The translations under genes were made by a program, and so were the position numbers. From an uncultured Bacteroidota bacterium (GTDB taxonomy: Bacteria > Bacteroidota > Bacteroidia > Bacteroidales > VadinHA17), in the NCBI GenBank assembly GCA_903844815.1, contig CAIMVD010000309.1, positions 2,504 to 66,503 of the forward strand: 64,000 nucleotides of DNA, given 5' to 3'. Positions 1 through 11,720 of the stretch are shown piece after piece (positions within the stretch are counted from its first letter, which is position 1; each line of letters opens with the position of its first letter). The notes under the pieces were generated by a model, which did not search any database, was not told the origin of the DNA, and saw only the letters and a list, made by a program, of their open reading frames with translations.

Positions 1-825
1 TTTGATATTTCATATGCTTATTCTGCGACTTTTATGGCGGAGTCCGCAAAGGGGAGTTTCAGTTCGGGATCCGGAAACAGTACGATTGCCTTTGCTCCGG
101 TATACACGAGAACAATTGATATTCATGATATCATTGCACAACAGAATTCTGCTTCATTCAAACTGGCTGACCTTCCTTTTGCCCGACAAGAGGCAGAATA
201 TGTGTCACACCTGACAGGAGGTAAATTACTTGAAGGTGAGAAAGCAAAAGAATCGGTCTTTAAAAAAGAAGCTGGCAGGTATGATATAATACATCTGGCA
301 ATGCATACAATGGTAAATGACAGGGACCCGATGCAATCTACCCTGATATTCAGTCCCGAGTCCGCTGATTCCTCTTCTGATGACAGGTATCTTAAAACAT
401 ATGAAGTATATGGAATACCATTGAAAGCCAAAATGGTTGTTCTCAGTTCCTGTAATACAGGATCAGGACTACTCTCTTCCGGAGAAGGGATTCTGAGTAT
501 GGCCAGAGGCTTCATTTATTCCGGCAGTAAATCCGTTGTAATGTCTATGTGGGAAATAGATGACAGGTCCGGTACTGAAATTGTGAAAATGTTCTATAGA
601 AACCTAAAAAACGGTGATTCCAAAAGCAGGGCATTAAGGAAAGCCAGGATCGAGTACCTTAAGAAAGCTGATCAGTTAAGATCACATCCTTACTTTTGGT
701 CAGCCCTTGTTGTTTATGGTGATAATTCCCCGCTCTTTAATTTACGAAAACAATTGGTTATTTCATTATCCGTTAGCGTATTTGCTTGTATACTTTTGAT
801 TTACTATTTCATGAAACGTAAATAA
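1..825 (+). CDS. CHAT-domain (caspase-like) protein, C-terminal part, 5'-truncated by window edge; C-terminal TM helix
   Basis: Frame open from base 1 (FDISYAYSAT); CHAT motifs IHLAMH, VVLSSCNTG, SMWEIDD, HPYFWS; hydrophobic C-terminus. Confidence 0.9.
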   Translation, partial: FDISYAYSATFMAESAKGSFSSGSGNSTIAFAPVYTRTIDIHDIIAQQNSASFKLADLPFARQEAEYVSHLTGGKLLEGEKAKESVFKKEAGRYDIIHLAMHTMVNDRDPMQSTLIFSPESADSSSDDRYLKTYEVYGIPLKAKMVVLSSCNTGSGLLSSGEGILSMARGFIYSGSKSVVMSMWEIDDRSGTEIVKMFYRNLKNGDSKSRALRKARIEYLKKADQLRSHPYFWSALVVYGDNSPLFNLRKQLVISLSVSVFACILLIYYFMKRK

Positions 826-1370
826 TCCTGATATTCACGGTCCTCTTTTACAAGATCAATCAGGGCTTCTTTTGAAAGATATTTTTTCCTTCTTGCATAA
901 ACTTCATTTTTGAGTCCCATTCTTTCAGCAATTTCCTGATAGGAACATCCCTGAGAAAACAAATTAAGAATTTCCTGTTCATCAGGTTTAAGTTTCAGAA
1001 AAGCCTTGTTTACAATACTTTCAAGAAGAATTGAATGATCTTCTTCAGACTCATCTTCATCAGAAAGGTCAAAAACCAATTCAGTATTTCTTTGTTTCTT
1101 CCTAAGCTGAGCTTGCCATACATTCCTTGCGATGCCGTAAAAATAGCCTTTAAGGTCAGTTGTCAGATCAAGCTGATTTTCTGTAATTTGCTTAAATAAG
1201 ATAATTATTGTGTCCTGAAAAACATCCGAAACGTCATCAACAGAACCGCTATTCTTTAGAACATAATTTTTAATTGATTGCAAGTAATTATCATACAGCC
1301 AGTTAAGAATTTTGTCGTCCTGTTTGCGTACTCCCTCTATTATGTCTTTATCTAAAATCTTTCTAAACAA
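804..1370 (-). CDS. ECF-type RNA polymerase sigma-70 factor
   Basis: 188 aa; region 2 (DVFQDTIIILF, YFYGIARNVW) and region 4 HTH (SYQEIAERMG). Confidence 0.88.
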   Translation of the reverse strand: MFRKILDKDIIEGVRKQDDKILNWLYDNYLQSIKNYVLKNSGSVDDVSDVFQDTIIILFKQITENQLDLTTDLKGYFYGIARNVWQAQLRKKQRNTELVFDLSDEDESEEDHSILLESIVNKAFLKLKPDEQEILNLFSQGCSYQEIAERMGLKNEVYARRKKYLSKEALIDLVKEDREYQDYLRFMK

Positions 1371-1671
1371 TTGATTTGTTTTTTGAAATCAGTGATCAAA
1401 TATAGTATTTCCCTAAACTAAATTTAGAATATTGATGATCAGTATTTGTTTTTGCTAAACAGTGTAAAAATGAGAATAATATACTTTAACAAACATACAA
1501 TTCAGGATTGTTTTAACAGCGGAATCAAAAAGGGAACTGGATGATAAATTACCTAAAACCCTTTTTGTCGCTAATAAATCTAAAAATCTAAATTTTATAT
1601 GAATCTTTTAAAGTAGTTTTAAAATATAAATATCTTTAGAAGATTAAATCAGAAATTCCCCGGTAAATCTA

Positions 1672-3858
1672 ATGTCGTTTCCTTTTGTTCAACAGCCGGA
1701 TGCAATGGATTGCGGACCTGCCTGCCTGAAAATGGTGGCACAATTTCACAAAATTAACGTTTCGTTTGAGACGTTAAGGAAAAAGTGCTTTATCACCCGG
1801 GAAGGGGTTTCATTTCTGGGTCTTTCTGAGGCTGCTGATTCACTGGGATTCAGGACGATGGGTGTAAGGATCTCCCTTGAAATGCTTCTGGCTAAAGTCC
1901 CTTTACCCTGTATAATCCATTGGCGACAAAGACATTTTGTGGTTGTTTATAAAATTGAGAAAAATAAAATCTGGGCTGCTGATCCTGCATTTGGCCTTGT
2001 AAAATATTCAATCACGGAATTTACTTCCAATTGGGCTTCATCCAGTGAGGAAGGAAAACCTTCCGGGTTGGTACTTATACTTGAACCAACACCTGAACTG
2101 CAAGACAAAATAAATGAACCTGATAAGACTAACGGATTTAAATTTCTTTTCAGATATTTTGCACTCTACAGGCGATACTCTTTTCAACTGATACTTGGCC
2201 TGGTAATAGGAAGCTGCATACAGCTCGTTATTCCTTTCCTTACTCAGGCTATCATTGATATTGGTCTGAATAATAATGATATTAGTTTTATTTACCTAAT
2301 CCTTTTTGCTCAGATCGCCCTTGTTACCGGGAGGATGTTCGTTGAATTTATCCGAGGCTGGTTGCTGCTTCATATCGGATCGAGAGTAAATGTTTCCATA
2401 ATTTCCGGATTCTTACAGAAACTAATGTCCTTGCCTGTTGCTTTTTTTGATACAAAGCTCACTGGTGACATCCTTCAGCGAATTGAAGATAACAACAGGA
2501 TTGAAGAATTTCTGACTTCTGCAAGCCTGAGCATAATCTTCTCTTTTTTTAACCTGCTAATATTCGGGATTGTGCTGGCTGTTTTCAGCTTAAAAATTCT
2601 TCTGATGTTTCTCACTGGATCTGTTTTATATATCATCTGGGTTTCTCTGTTTATGAAGTCCCGATCGACTATTGATCATCAGAGGTTCAGGAAAATGTCA
2701 GCTTCCGGATCCAAATTAATTAGTATTGTAAACGGCATGCAGGAAATCAAACTTACGCAAAGTGAGTTGAGCATGCGATGGGACTGGGAAAAGCTGCAGG
2801 CCTCCATTTTCGCCTTAAAGGTAAAGGGAATGAGCATATTGCAGTATCAGTCAGCGGGTGCAACCCTGATTAATGAGCTTACCAATATAGTCATTACAAT
2901 TATCTCTGCCACAGCTGTCCTGAAAGGAGATATGACACTTGGTATGATGCTGGCGGTCCAGTTTATTATAGGCCAGTTGAATGTTCCTGTGAGCCAGATA
3001 ATAGGGTTTTTCAGTATGTCGCAGGATGCAAAAATGAGTCTGGACCGGCTTTCCGAGGTACATCATATGGAAAACGAAGAGCCAGATCAAGATATCAAGA
3101 TAGGCATACTACCTCAAAAAAGGGATATTAGCATAAGAAACCTGTCATTTCAGTACGAGGGGCCGCGATCTCCTTTCGCACTCAGGGATATAGATCTGGT
3201 GATTGAAGAGGAAAAGGTGACTGCAATTGTTGGCACCAGCGGCAGCGGAAAAACAACATTGTTGAAGTTGCTTCTGAGATTTTATCAGCCTGTTAAGGGA
3301 GAAGTTCTCGTTGGAGATTCACTTTTGTCTGACATAAGCCTGCCATTGTGGAGAGAAAAGGTAGGAGCTGTAATGCAGGACGGATTTATCTTTCCTGACA
3401 CAATTGCAAATAATATAGCACCCGGTCCTGATGAAATTGATACCGGTAAAATGGTAAGGGCCGCAGTTCTTTCTAATCTCAGGCCTCTGATTGATTCCCT
3501 TCCTTCGGGATTCAATACAAAAATCGGAGCAAATGGAAACGGATTAAGCGAGGGCCAAAAACAGAGGCTTCTTATAGCACGTGTAATCTATAAGAATCCT
3601 GATTTTCTGTTTTTCGATGAAGCAACTAATTCACTTGATGCTAACAATGAAAAGGCAATTGTGGAAAACCTTTCAGATTTTTTCATCGGAAAAACGGTTA
3701 TCGTTGTTGCACACAGGCTAAGCACTGTAAAGAATGCTGATAAAATTGTGGTTCTTGATGAAGGAAAAATCATTGAAACCGGCGACCATGATTCCCTTAT
3801 CTCAAAGAAGGGAGCCTACTACAATCTTGTAAAAAATCAGCTGGAGCTGGGAAACTAG
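1672..3858 (+). CDS. C39 peptidase-containing ABC transporter (PCAT)
   Basis: QQPDAMDCGPACL catalytic Cys, HFVVVY His, TM domain, Walker A GTSGSGKT, LSEGQKQR signature, FFDEATNSLD. Confidence 0.95.
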   Translation: MSFPFVQQPDAMDCGPACLKMVAQFHKINVSFETLRKKCFITREGVSFLGLSEAADSLGFRTMGVRISLEMLLAKVPLPCIIHWRQRHFVVVYKIEKNKIWAADPAFGLVKYSITEFTSNWASSSEEGKPSGLVLILEPTPELQDKINEPDKTNGFKFLFRYFALYRRYSFQLILGLVIGSCIQLVIPFLTQAIIDIGLNNNDISFIYLILFAQIALVTGRMFVEFIRGWLLLHIGSRVNVSIISGFLQKLMSLPVAFFDTKLTGDILQRIEDNNRIEEFLTSASLSIIFSFFNLLIFGIVLAVFSLKILLMFLTGSVLYIIWVSLFMKSRSTIDHQRFRKMSASGSKLISIVNGMQEIKLTQSELSMRWDWEKLQASIFALKVKGMSILQYQSAGATLINELTNIVITIISATAVLKGDMTLGMMLAVQFIIGQLNVPVSQIIGFFSMSQDAKMSLDRLSEVHHMENEEPDQDIKIGILPQKRDISIRNLSFQYEGPRSPFALRDIDLVIEEEKVTAIVGTSGSGKTTLLKLLLRFYQPVKGEVLVGDSLLSDISLPLWREKVGAVMQDGFIFPDTIANNIAPGPDEIDTGKMVRAAVLSNLRPLIDSLPSGFNTKIGANGNGLSEGQKQRLLIARVIYKNPDFLFFDEATNSLDANNEKAIVENLSDFFIGKTVIVVAHRLSTVKNADKIVVLDEGKIIETGDHDSLISKKGAYYNLVKNQLELGN

Positions 3859-3866
3859 GAGAAAAA

Positions 3867-5156
3867 ATGAAAGACAGGCAATCTGAACTACTGTACTCCG
3901 ACCCAATCAGGGAAATAATGGGAAGACCTCCCGGAAGGATACTCCGATGGGGAACTCTTGCAATTTTTTTGGTAATATTCTTTTTCCTTTTTTTTTCATG
4001 GATGATCAGGTACCCTGAAAAAATCGTCGCCCCGGTTGAAATAACAACGGTGAACCCTCCAGTGACTTTGGTCTCCAAGATATCGGGAAACATAAAATTC
4101 CTATACGTAAAGGATAAGGAGAATGTATCCGCAGGAAAAGTATTAGCCGTAATGGAAACAACAGCCTCCATGGACCAGATAGGGCTTCTTGAAATGATTA
4201 TCGACACTTTAAAAAATCCATCTTCCTTACTTCCCCGATTATTACCCGTTTTGTCAGAACTGGGTGAAATTCAGGAGTTCTATGGCTTATTCCGGAAAAA
4301 CCACACTAACCTTATTAATTACAATTCAAATGACTATTACGGCAGTAAAATAACGTCTCTGACATATGAGATAAAAAAGATAATGGATTACATTGGAAGG
4401 CTTAATGAAAAGGAGAGACTCTATTCAGAGAACCGGGAACTGGAAGCAAATAAATTCAGGAGAGACTCCCTGCTCCAGGCTGAAAACGTTATCTCGGTAA
4501 ATGACTTTGAACGGTCAAGGCAATCGTTGATTCGTTTGAACATCGAGCTTCAGCAAGTGAGGCTCGATCAATCAGAAAAGCTCATTGAACTTGCTGAAAA
4601 ACAACAACTTCTTAATGACTATCGGATTAACCGTGCAGAAGAGAGAGGTAAGTATTATTCGGTACTGGAAGAATCATTTCTTAATCTGAAGGCACAGCTT
4701 AATATCTGGAAAAACAATTATCTTCTGATTTCACCTGTTGATGGGAAAGTATCATTCACACGGTTCTGGAATTCAAATCAGTCAGTAATGAGAGACGAAC
4801 CAGTTTTAAATATAATTCCAAGTGAATCAGGGGATATAATCGGACGCATAAAACTTAATATGGATCGGTCGGGGAAGGTCAGGGCCGGTCAGATGGTCTT
4901 TATTAAACTTAGTGGTTATCCTTATCTTGAGTACGGAATGCTGAAGGGAAAAGTAAGATCAAAATCACTCCTTCCCTCAGACGATACTTACATAATTGAA
5001 GTGAGCATGCCTGTGGAACTTACAACATTATATGGCAAGAAACTGGAATTTGACCAGAAGATGCAGGGTACTGCTGAAATTATTACTGAGGATGTACGTC
5101 TCCTGCAGAAAATTTTCAACCCTTTCAGATACCTGATTTCGAGGAATAAACGGTAA
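3867..5156 (+). CDS. HlyD-family membrane fusion / secretion protein
   Basis: N-terminal TM, coiled-coil core, ISPVDGKV and YPYLEYGMLKGKV motifs; follows the PCAT gene. Confidence 0.92.
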   Translation: MKDRQSELLYSDPIREIMGRPPGRILRWGTLAIFLVIFFFLFFSWMIRYPEKIVAPVEITTVNPPVTLVSKISGNIKFLYVKDKENVSAGKVLAVMETTASMDQIGLLEMIIDTLKNPSSLLPRLLPVLSELGEIQEFYGLFRKNHTNLINYNSNDYYGSKITSLTYEIKKIMDYIGRLNEKERLYSENRELEANKFRRDSLLQAENVISVNDFERSRQSLIRLNIELQQVRLDQSEKLIELAEKQQLLNDYRINRAEERGKYYSVLEESFLNLKAQLNIWKNNYLLISPVDGKVSFTRFWNSNQSVMRDEPVLNIIPSESGDIIGRIKLNMDRSGKVRAGQMVFIKLSGYPYLEYGMLKGKVRSKSLLPSDDTYIIEVSMPVELTTLYGKKLEFDQKMQGTAEIITEDVRLLQKIFNPFRYLISRNKR

Positions 5157-5163
5157 TTAAATT

Positions 5164-5349
5164 TTATTTCTTTGAGTAAGGCTCATAATCATCATCCTTT
5201 GACGATGAATTGAAGGCAGAACCAGGAGAAAATGATTTGCCGGGAGTGGCATTTCCTTCTGCTGATTTTTTTTTAGAATACTTTTGGTATAACCTGAAAC
5301 CCACAAATATTATAATGAATCCGAAAATAAAAATATCCTTAGTTTCCAT
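5164..5349 (-). CDS. small single-pass membrane protein (61 aa)
   Basis: N-terminal TM followed by basic residues; own TATCTTTG -7 box on minus strand at 5412-5419. Confidence 0.6.
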   Translation of the reverse strand: METKDIFIFGFIIIFVGFRLYQKYSKKKSAEGNATPGKSFSPGSAFNSSSKDDDYEPYSKK

Positions 5350-5701
5350 ATTATTATAAGTATAATGTAATTTAGCTTGGAATATTCCGGAAAATGGCCG
5401 GAAATCTTTTACAAAGATATAACAAATTCTACTTTGACATATTGGATTTATGCCAGATTTTTCGAATCTGTCAAAGCATAATTAACATCCGGATTATTTT
5501 CATGACAATAGTGGTAACAGATATTATGATCCTTAAAAAGAGGACGAGAAAGGTTTGTGCAGGTCGATTGTCTGATCCTTACATTTATTTATTCTAATTC
5601 TTTGAGTTTTAATAAATATTTCAATATTTTCGTAATCTGAAATTTCCATGCGTTTCATGGGAATATATTCTTGTTAAGAGCTGAAATATAAAGGGATTGC
5701 T

Positions 5702-7783
5702 ATGATTGAGAAAAATCCGGAAGAATCTGTTCGTGAAGAACAATCCGTGGCTATTAATAATGCCACCGGAACTGAAGAGACCACACTGCCAGAAATTGAG
5801 CAAAAAAATGACACTTCTGATGAAGTTTTGCCAGAAGAAGACATTAATAATGCTGCGTTAGCTGAGGATTCCGCTTTGCCGGAAAACTCGCCTGAAAATG
5901 GACCTTCTGTTGAAGAGGTGCCCATTGAAACTATTGTAAATACTGTCATAAGTGATGATGTAGTTATGCCTGTAATTGAGCAGGTTATTGAGTCCGGAGT
6001 CAGGGAAGATAGTGATAGGGACAGCGTTCATGAATTCATCGATATGGAACTGCCTCCTGTTGATTATTCAGGATACAACAAACATGAACTTGTTGAGACA
6101 CTGTCACTTATTATTGAAAACAGGGCTCCTGCCGAAATTAAGGATGATGTTGAACGCATCAAGATTCTTTTCTACAAAAAGCTTAAGCTTGAGACAGATG
6201 ATCGCAAGAAAAAATTTCTTGAGGAAGGCGGAAAAATTGAAGATTACAGGGTATGGATTGACCCTGAGGATGCCGTCGTAAAACACCTTCTTGAGAAATT
6301 TAAGGAGAGAAAAACCGACTACAATAAAATTCAGGAAGCTGAGAAATTTGATAATCTGAAGAAGAAGTACGATATAATTGATAAAATAAAAGAACTGGTC
6401 AACAGGGAGGAATCAATAAACAAGACATTCCATGAGTTCAGACAGCTTCAGAACGATTGGCATGCTATTGGCGTAGTTCCACAGGCTTCACTTAAAGATA
6501 TTTGGGAAAATTATCATCATTATGTAGAAATATTCTACGATTATATCAAAATAAACAAAGAACTCAGGGATCTTGACCTTAAGAAAAACCTTGAGACAAA
6601 AGTTCTTATTTGTGAGAAGGCCGAAGAACTCCTGCTTGAACCGAATCCGGTAAATGCTTTCAGAAGCCTTCAGGATTTCCACAACCAGTGGCGTGAGGTG
6701 GGACCTGTTCCTCCCGAGTCGAAAAATGAAATATGGGAGCGATTCAAAGAGGCTACCTCTCAGATTAATAAGAGGCACCATGAGTATTTTGAAAAGCAGA
6801 AAGATGATCAGCGCAAGAACCTGGAAGCAAAAATGGCTTTATGTGAGGAAGTCGAAAGCATTAACCTTCTTGAGATAAAGAATTTCAGGGATTTCGACGA
6901 AAGGGCTGATAAGATCGTTGAACTTCAGAAGATGTGGAGGACACTTGGTTTTGCTCCTAAAAAGCAGAATAACAAGGTCTACCAGAGGTTCAGAGATGCC
7001 TGTGATGCTTTTTTTGAAAAGAAACGCGGATTCTATGCTGACAATAAGGAAGTTCAGCTTACTAATCTCCAGCTAAAGACTGAACTGTGTCTTCAGGCTG
7101 AAACCCTTCAGGAAAGTACCGACTGGAAAGCTACTTCCGATTCTCTTATTAAGCTTCAGAAAGAATGGAAGGAAATAGGACCGGTTCCACGAAAGCAATC
7201 AGAGAGAAGCTGGAAGAGGTTCAGGAAGGCATGTGATCATTTTTTCAACAGGAAATCTGAATTTTTTGCCAAACTCGATACTTCTTACGAAGATAACCTT
7301 AAGGCTAAACTCTCAATTATTGAGGAACTAGAGAAATTTGAACCGGGCCAGGATGTTCAGGCAGCTTTCGATCGCCTGAAAGATCTGCAGCGGAAATGGA
7401 CCGATATCGGATTCGTTCCTTTTAATATGAAGGATGAGATTACAAATAAATACAGGGATATTCTCAACAGAGAGTTTGATAAGCTTAAAATCGGTGACGA
7501 TGACAAGAGCATTTTAAGGTACAGGAGTAAACTGGATAACCTTAAGACTAACCCTAAAGCTTCAAGAAAAGTAAGGAATGAAAGGGATAAATTCTTTACT
7601 AAGATCAAACAGCTTGAAAGCGACATAGTGCTCTGGGAAAATAACATAGGCTTCTTCGCAAAATCAGCCAGCGCTGACACTTTTCGAAGGGAAGTTGAGG
7701 AGAAGATTGACAATGCAAAGAAGATGATAAAGACTCTCGAAGAAAAGGTCAAAATGATAGACTCGTCTGGTCTGGATGACTAG
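5702..7783 (+). CDS. DUF349 domain-containing protein
   Basis: Repeated W(K/R)EIGPVP...W.RF..A.D.FF units; acidic, probably disordered N-terminus. Confidence 0.9.
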   Translation: MIEKNPEESVREEQSVAINNATGTEETTLPEIEQKNDTSDEVLPEEDINNAALAEDSALPENSPENGPSVEEVPIETIVNTVISDDVVMPVIEQVIESGVREDSDRDSVHEFIDMELPPVDYSGYNKHELVETLSLIIENRAPAEIKDDVERIKILFYKKLKLETDDRKKKFLEEGGKIEDYRVWIDPEDAVVKHLLEKFKERKTDYNKIQEAEKFDNLKKKYDIIDKIKELVNREESINKTFHEFRQLQNDWHAIGVVPQASLKDIWENYHHYVEIFYDYIKINKELRDLDLKKNLETKVLICEKAEELLLEPNPVNAFRSLQDFHNQWREVGPVPPESKNEIWERFKEATSQINKRHHEYFEKQKDDQRKNLEAKMALCEEVESINLLEIKNFRDFDERADKIVELQKMWRTLGFAPKKQNNKVYQRFRDACDAFFEKKRGFYADNKEVQLTNLQLKTELCLQAETLQESTDWKATSDSLIKLQKEWKEIGPVPRKQSERSWKRFRKACDHFFNRKSEFFAKLDTSYEDNLKAKLSIIEELEKFEPGQDVQAAFDRLKDLQRKWTDIGFVPFNMKDEITNKYRDILNREFDKLKIGDDDKSILRYRSKLDNLKTNPKASRKVRNERDKFFTKIKQLESDIVLWENNIGFFAKSASADTFRREVEEKIDNAKKMIKTLEEKVKMIDSSGLDD

Positions 7784-7800
7784 GAGAAAAAATGGAATAA

Positions 7801-9426
<1,626 letters not shown>

Positions 9427-9498
9427 TTTACATGATCCTCTATATGATATAATAATAACATTTTCAAACACATAATTTAATTTTAACCACCTGAAAGA

Positions 9499-11466
9499 AT
9501 GGATAGAAATACAATAACGGGAATTATTCTGATTCTGGCAATCTTTATTGGTTTCAGCTTGTTCAACAACAATAGGATGAACAAGGCTTATAAGGCAGCT
9601 ATCGAGATTGCTGACAGCCGTATGGCCGCCGGAGAACTTGAAACAGCCAGAACCGAATATGTAAATGCCCTTAGATATAAACCAAATCAGCCCGATGTCA
9701 TTGCAAGGATCAATGAAATTAACCAGAAGCTTGGTATCGTAAACGAGGCTGCATCGAAAGATACTGCTATTATTCAGCAGTCAAATCAGCCGGAAATTAT
9801 AGCAGGTCAGTCTGCATCACTTTCTGACAGTACCAGATATGGTGTATTTTCAAAAGCTGCTACGGGATCGAATGATTTAATAACGCTCGAAAATAATAAG
9901 GTAGAACTTAAGATCTCATTAAAGGGAGGAAGAGTTTATTCAGCCCGTTTGAAGGACTATCGTACTCATGATGCACGGCCGCTCATTCTCTTTTCGGGCG
10001 ACTCAACCGTCTTTGGTTTTAATTTTTTCACCTCCGACAACAAGGCAGTACAGACTAATAACCTTTACTTTACACCTGAATCGGACCAGAAATATGTTGT
10101 TGTAACATCTTCACCTCAAAGTGTTGTGCTTCGACTTGTGGCTGATGCAGGAAGATATATTGAGTTCAAGTACACGCTGGCCCCAGATAAGTATATGGTT
10201 GACTTCAATGTCAATTTCAAATCGATGGAAAGTATTATTGCTGCAAATCAGAGCAACCTTACACTCGACTGGAAGATGTATATTCCGCAGCAGGAAAAAG
10301 GAAGGACCAATGAAGAAAGCTATTCAACTATCAAATATAAATATTACCAGGATGATGTCGACTACCTTAAGCTCAAATCAAACAAGGAGGTCGAAAAGGT
10401 AGAAATCCCTACAAAACTCAGCTGGGTTGCCTATCAGGATCAGTTCTTCTCAACAGTTGTGATTACAAATGATTTCTTCCTTAACGGAAGTGTTACCTCA
10501 AACAAAACACCGGCTTCGCAGAAATATTTCAGGTACTATACCTCAGAAATTGGAGTTCCTTTCAACCCGGGTGCTTCAAATGAAATTAAAATGAAGCTTT
10601 ACTACGGCCCTAACAGTATTACAATACTCAAAAAAGAGGGATATGAACTCGATCAGATAGTTATTTTGGGCAAAAACATCATAGGATGGATTAACAGGTT
10701 TGCTATAATTCCTATCTTCAACTGGCTTGATAACTTTATCGATAGTTATGGTATTATTATTCTTATTCTTACCATAATAATTAAAATTGTACTCTTCCCT
10801 CTTACCTTTAAATCTTATCAGTCAACAGCCAAAATGCAGGTTCTGAAGCCACTAGTCGACGAACTTGGAAAGAAATTCCCTAAAAAGGAAGATGCACTTA
10901 AAAAGCAGCAGGCAACCATGGATCTCTACAAGAGGGCAGGGGTGAACCCTATGGGAGGATGTCTTCCAATGCTTCTCCAGATGCCGATTCTATTTGCCAT
11001 GTTCAGGTTTTTCCCCGTGTCGATTGAGCTAAGGCAGGAACATTTTTTATGGGCAACCGACCTTTCAACCTATGATTCAATATTACAGTTACCTTTCACA
11101 ATTCCGATGTATGGCGATCATGTGAGTCTCTTCACTATTCTTATGACGGCATCAACCCTTCTTACAATGAAGATGACCGGATCAACACCCGGTTCCGATC
11201 AGCCGGGCATGAAGCTTATGATGTACATGATGCCTGTTATGTTTATGGTAATCCTGAATCAATTCTCCTCAGGTCTGACATACTACTACTTTCTTGCAAA
11301 CATGATAACCTACGCGCAGAATATAATCTCCAAGCAGTTTATAAATGAGAAGGCGGTGCTTGCCAAACTGGAGGCGAACAGGAAGAAACCCATAGTGAAA
11401 TCGAAATGGACGCAGCGGCTCGAACAGGCTGCTAAACAAAGAGGCATTAGTACTACGAAAAAATAG
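9499..11466 (+). CDS. yidC: membrane protein insertase YidC, with extra TPR-like segment
   Basis: N-terminal TM, periplasmic beta domain, GVNPMGGCLPMLLQMP, FLWATDLS. Confidence 0.96.
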   Translation: MDRNTITGIILILAIFIGFSLFNNNRMNKAYKAAIEIADSRMAAGELETARTEYVNALRYKPNQPDVIARINEINQKLGIVNEAASKDTAIIQQSNQPEIIAGQSASLSDSTRYGVFSKAATGSNDLITLENNKVELKISLKGGRVYSARLKDYRTHDARPLILFSGDSTVFGFNFFTSDNKAVQTNNLYFTPESDQKYVVVTSSPQSVVLRLVADAGRYIEFKYTLAPDKYMVDFNVNFKSMESIIAANQSNLTLDWKMYIPQQEKGRTNEESYSTIKYKYYQDDVDYLKLKSNKEVEKVEIPTKLSWVAYQDQFFSTVVITNDFFLNGSVTSNKTPASQKYFRYYTSEIGVPFNPGASNEIKMKLYYGPNSITILKKEGYELDQIVILGKNIIGWINRFAIIPIFNWLDNFIDSYGIIILILTIIIKIVLFPLTFKSYQSTAKMQVLKPLVDELGKKFPKKEDALKKQQATMDLYKRAGVNPMGGCLPMLLQMPILFAMFRFFPVSIELRQEHFLWATDLSTYDSILQLPFTIPMYGDHVSLFTILMTASTLLTMKMTGSTPGSDQPGMKLMMYMMPVMFMVILNQFSSGLTYYYFLANMITYAQNIISKQFINEKAVLAKLEANRKKPIVKSKWTQRLEQAAKQRGISTTKK

Positions 11467-11470
11467 ATAA

Positions 11471-11530
11471 AGTCGGGAGTCCGAAGTCGGAAGTCCGAAG
11501 TAGGAAGACCGAAGTAGGAAGTCCGAAGTT
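11471..11530. repeat. short-period tandem repeat (AGTCGGA/AGTCCGA heptamer family)
   Basis: aagtcgggagtccgaagtcggaagtccgaagtaggaagaccgaagtaggaagtccgaag; related tracts at ~30585-30617, ~41091-41120, ~63887-63922. Confidence 0.75.
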
Positions 11531-11539
11531 AATTTGAAT

Positions 11540-11576
11540 AAAAAAAGAAGCGCGGATCGTTGGTCTGCGCTTTTTT
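11540..11576. terminator. bidirectional intrinsic terminator between yidC and lysA
   Basis: A-tract, aagcgcggatc-gtt-ggtctgcgctt stem, T-tract. Confidence 0.8.
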
Positions 11577-11578
11577 AA

Positions 11579-11716
11579 TGGCCCCGATTACAAATCGGCG
11601 CCAGCCTGCACTTTCTAAGCTGGCGCGGATTTGCAATCCGTGCTTTAATTTTGGCCCCGATTACAAATCGGCGCCAGCCTGCACTTTCTAAGCTGGCGCG
11701 GATTTGCAATCCGTGC
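11579..11716. repeat. two identical 65-bp REPIN/BIME-like units, each made of inverted REP-like palindromes
   Basis: 11579-11643 = 11652-11716; unit ggccccgattacaaatcggcgccagc-ctgcactttctaa-gctggcgcggatttgcaatccgtgc. Confidence 0.85.
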
Positions 11717-11720
11717 CATA

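Noticed and set aside
1470-1544. 24-aa ORF as the PCAT substrate
   Set aside because: No double-glycine leader pattern; lies in the AT-rich divergent promoter region.
11579-11716. Possible mini CRISPR array
   Set aside because: Only two units, the internal spacers are identical, units are inverted REP pairs, and no cas genes are present.
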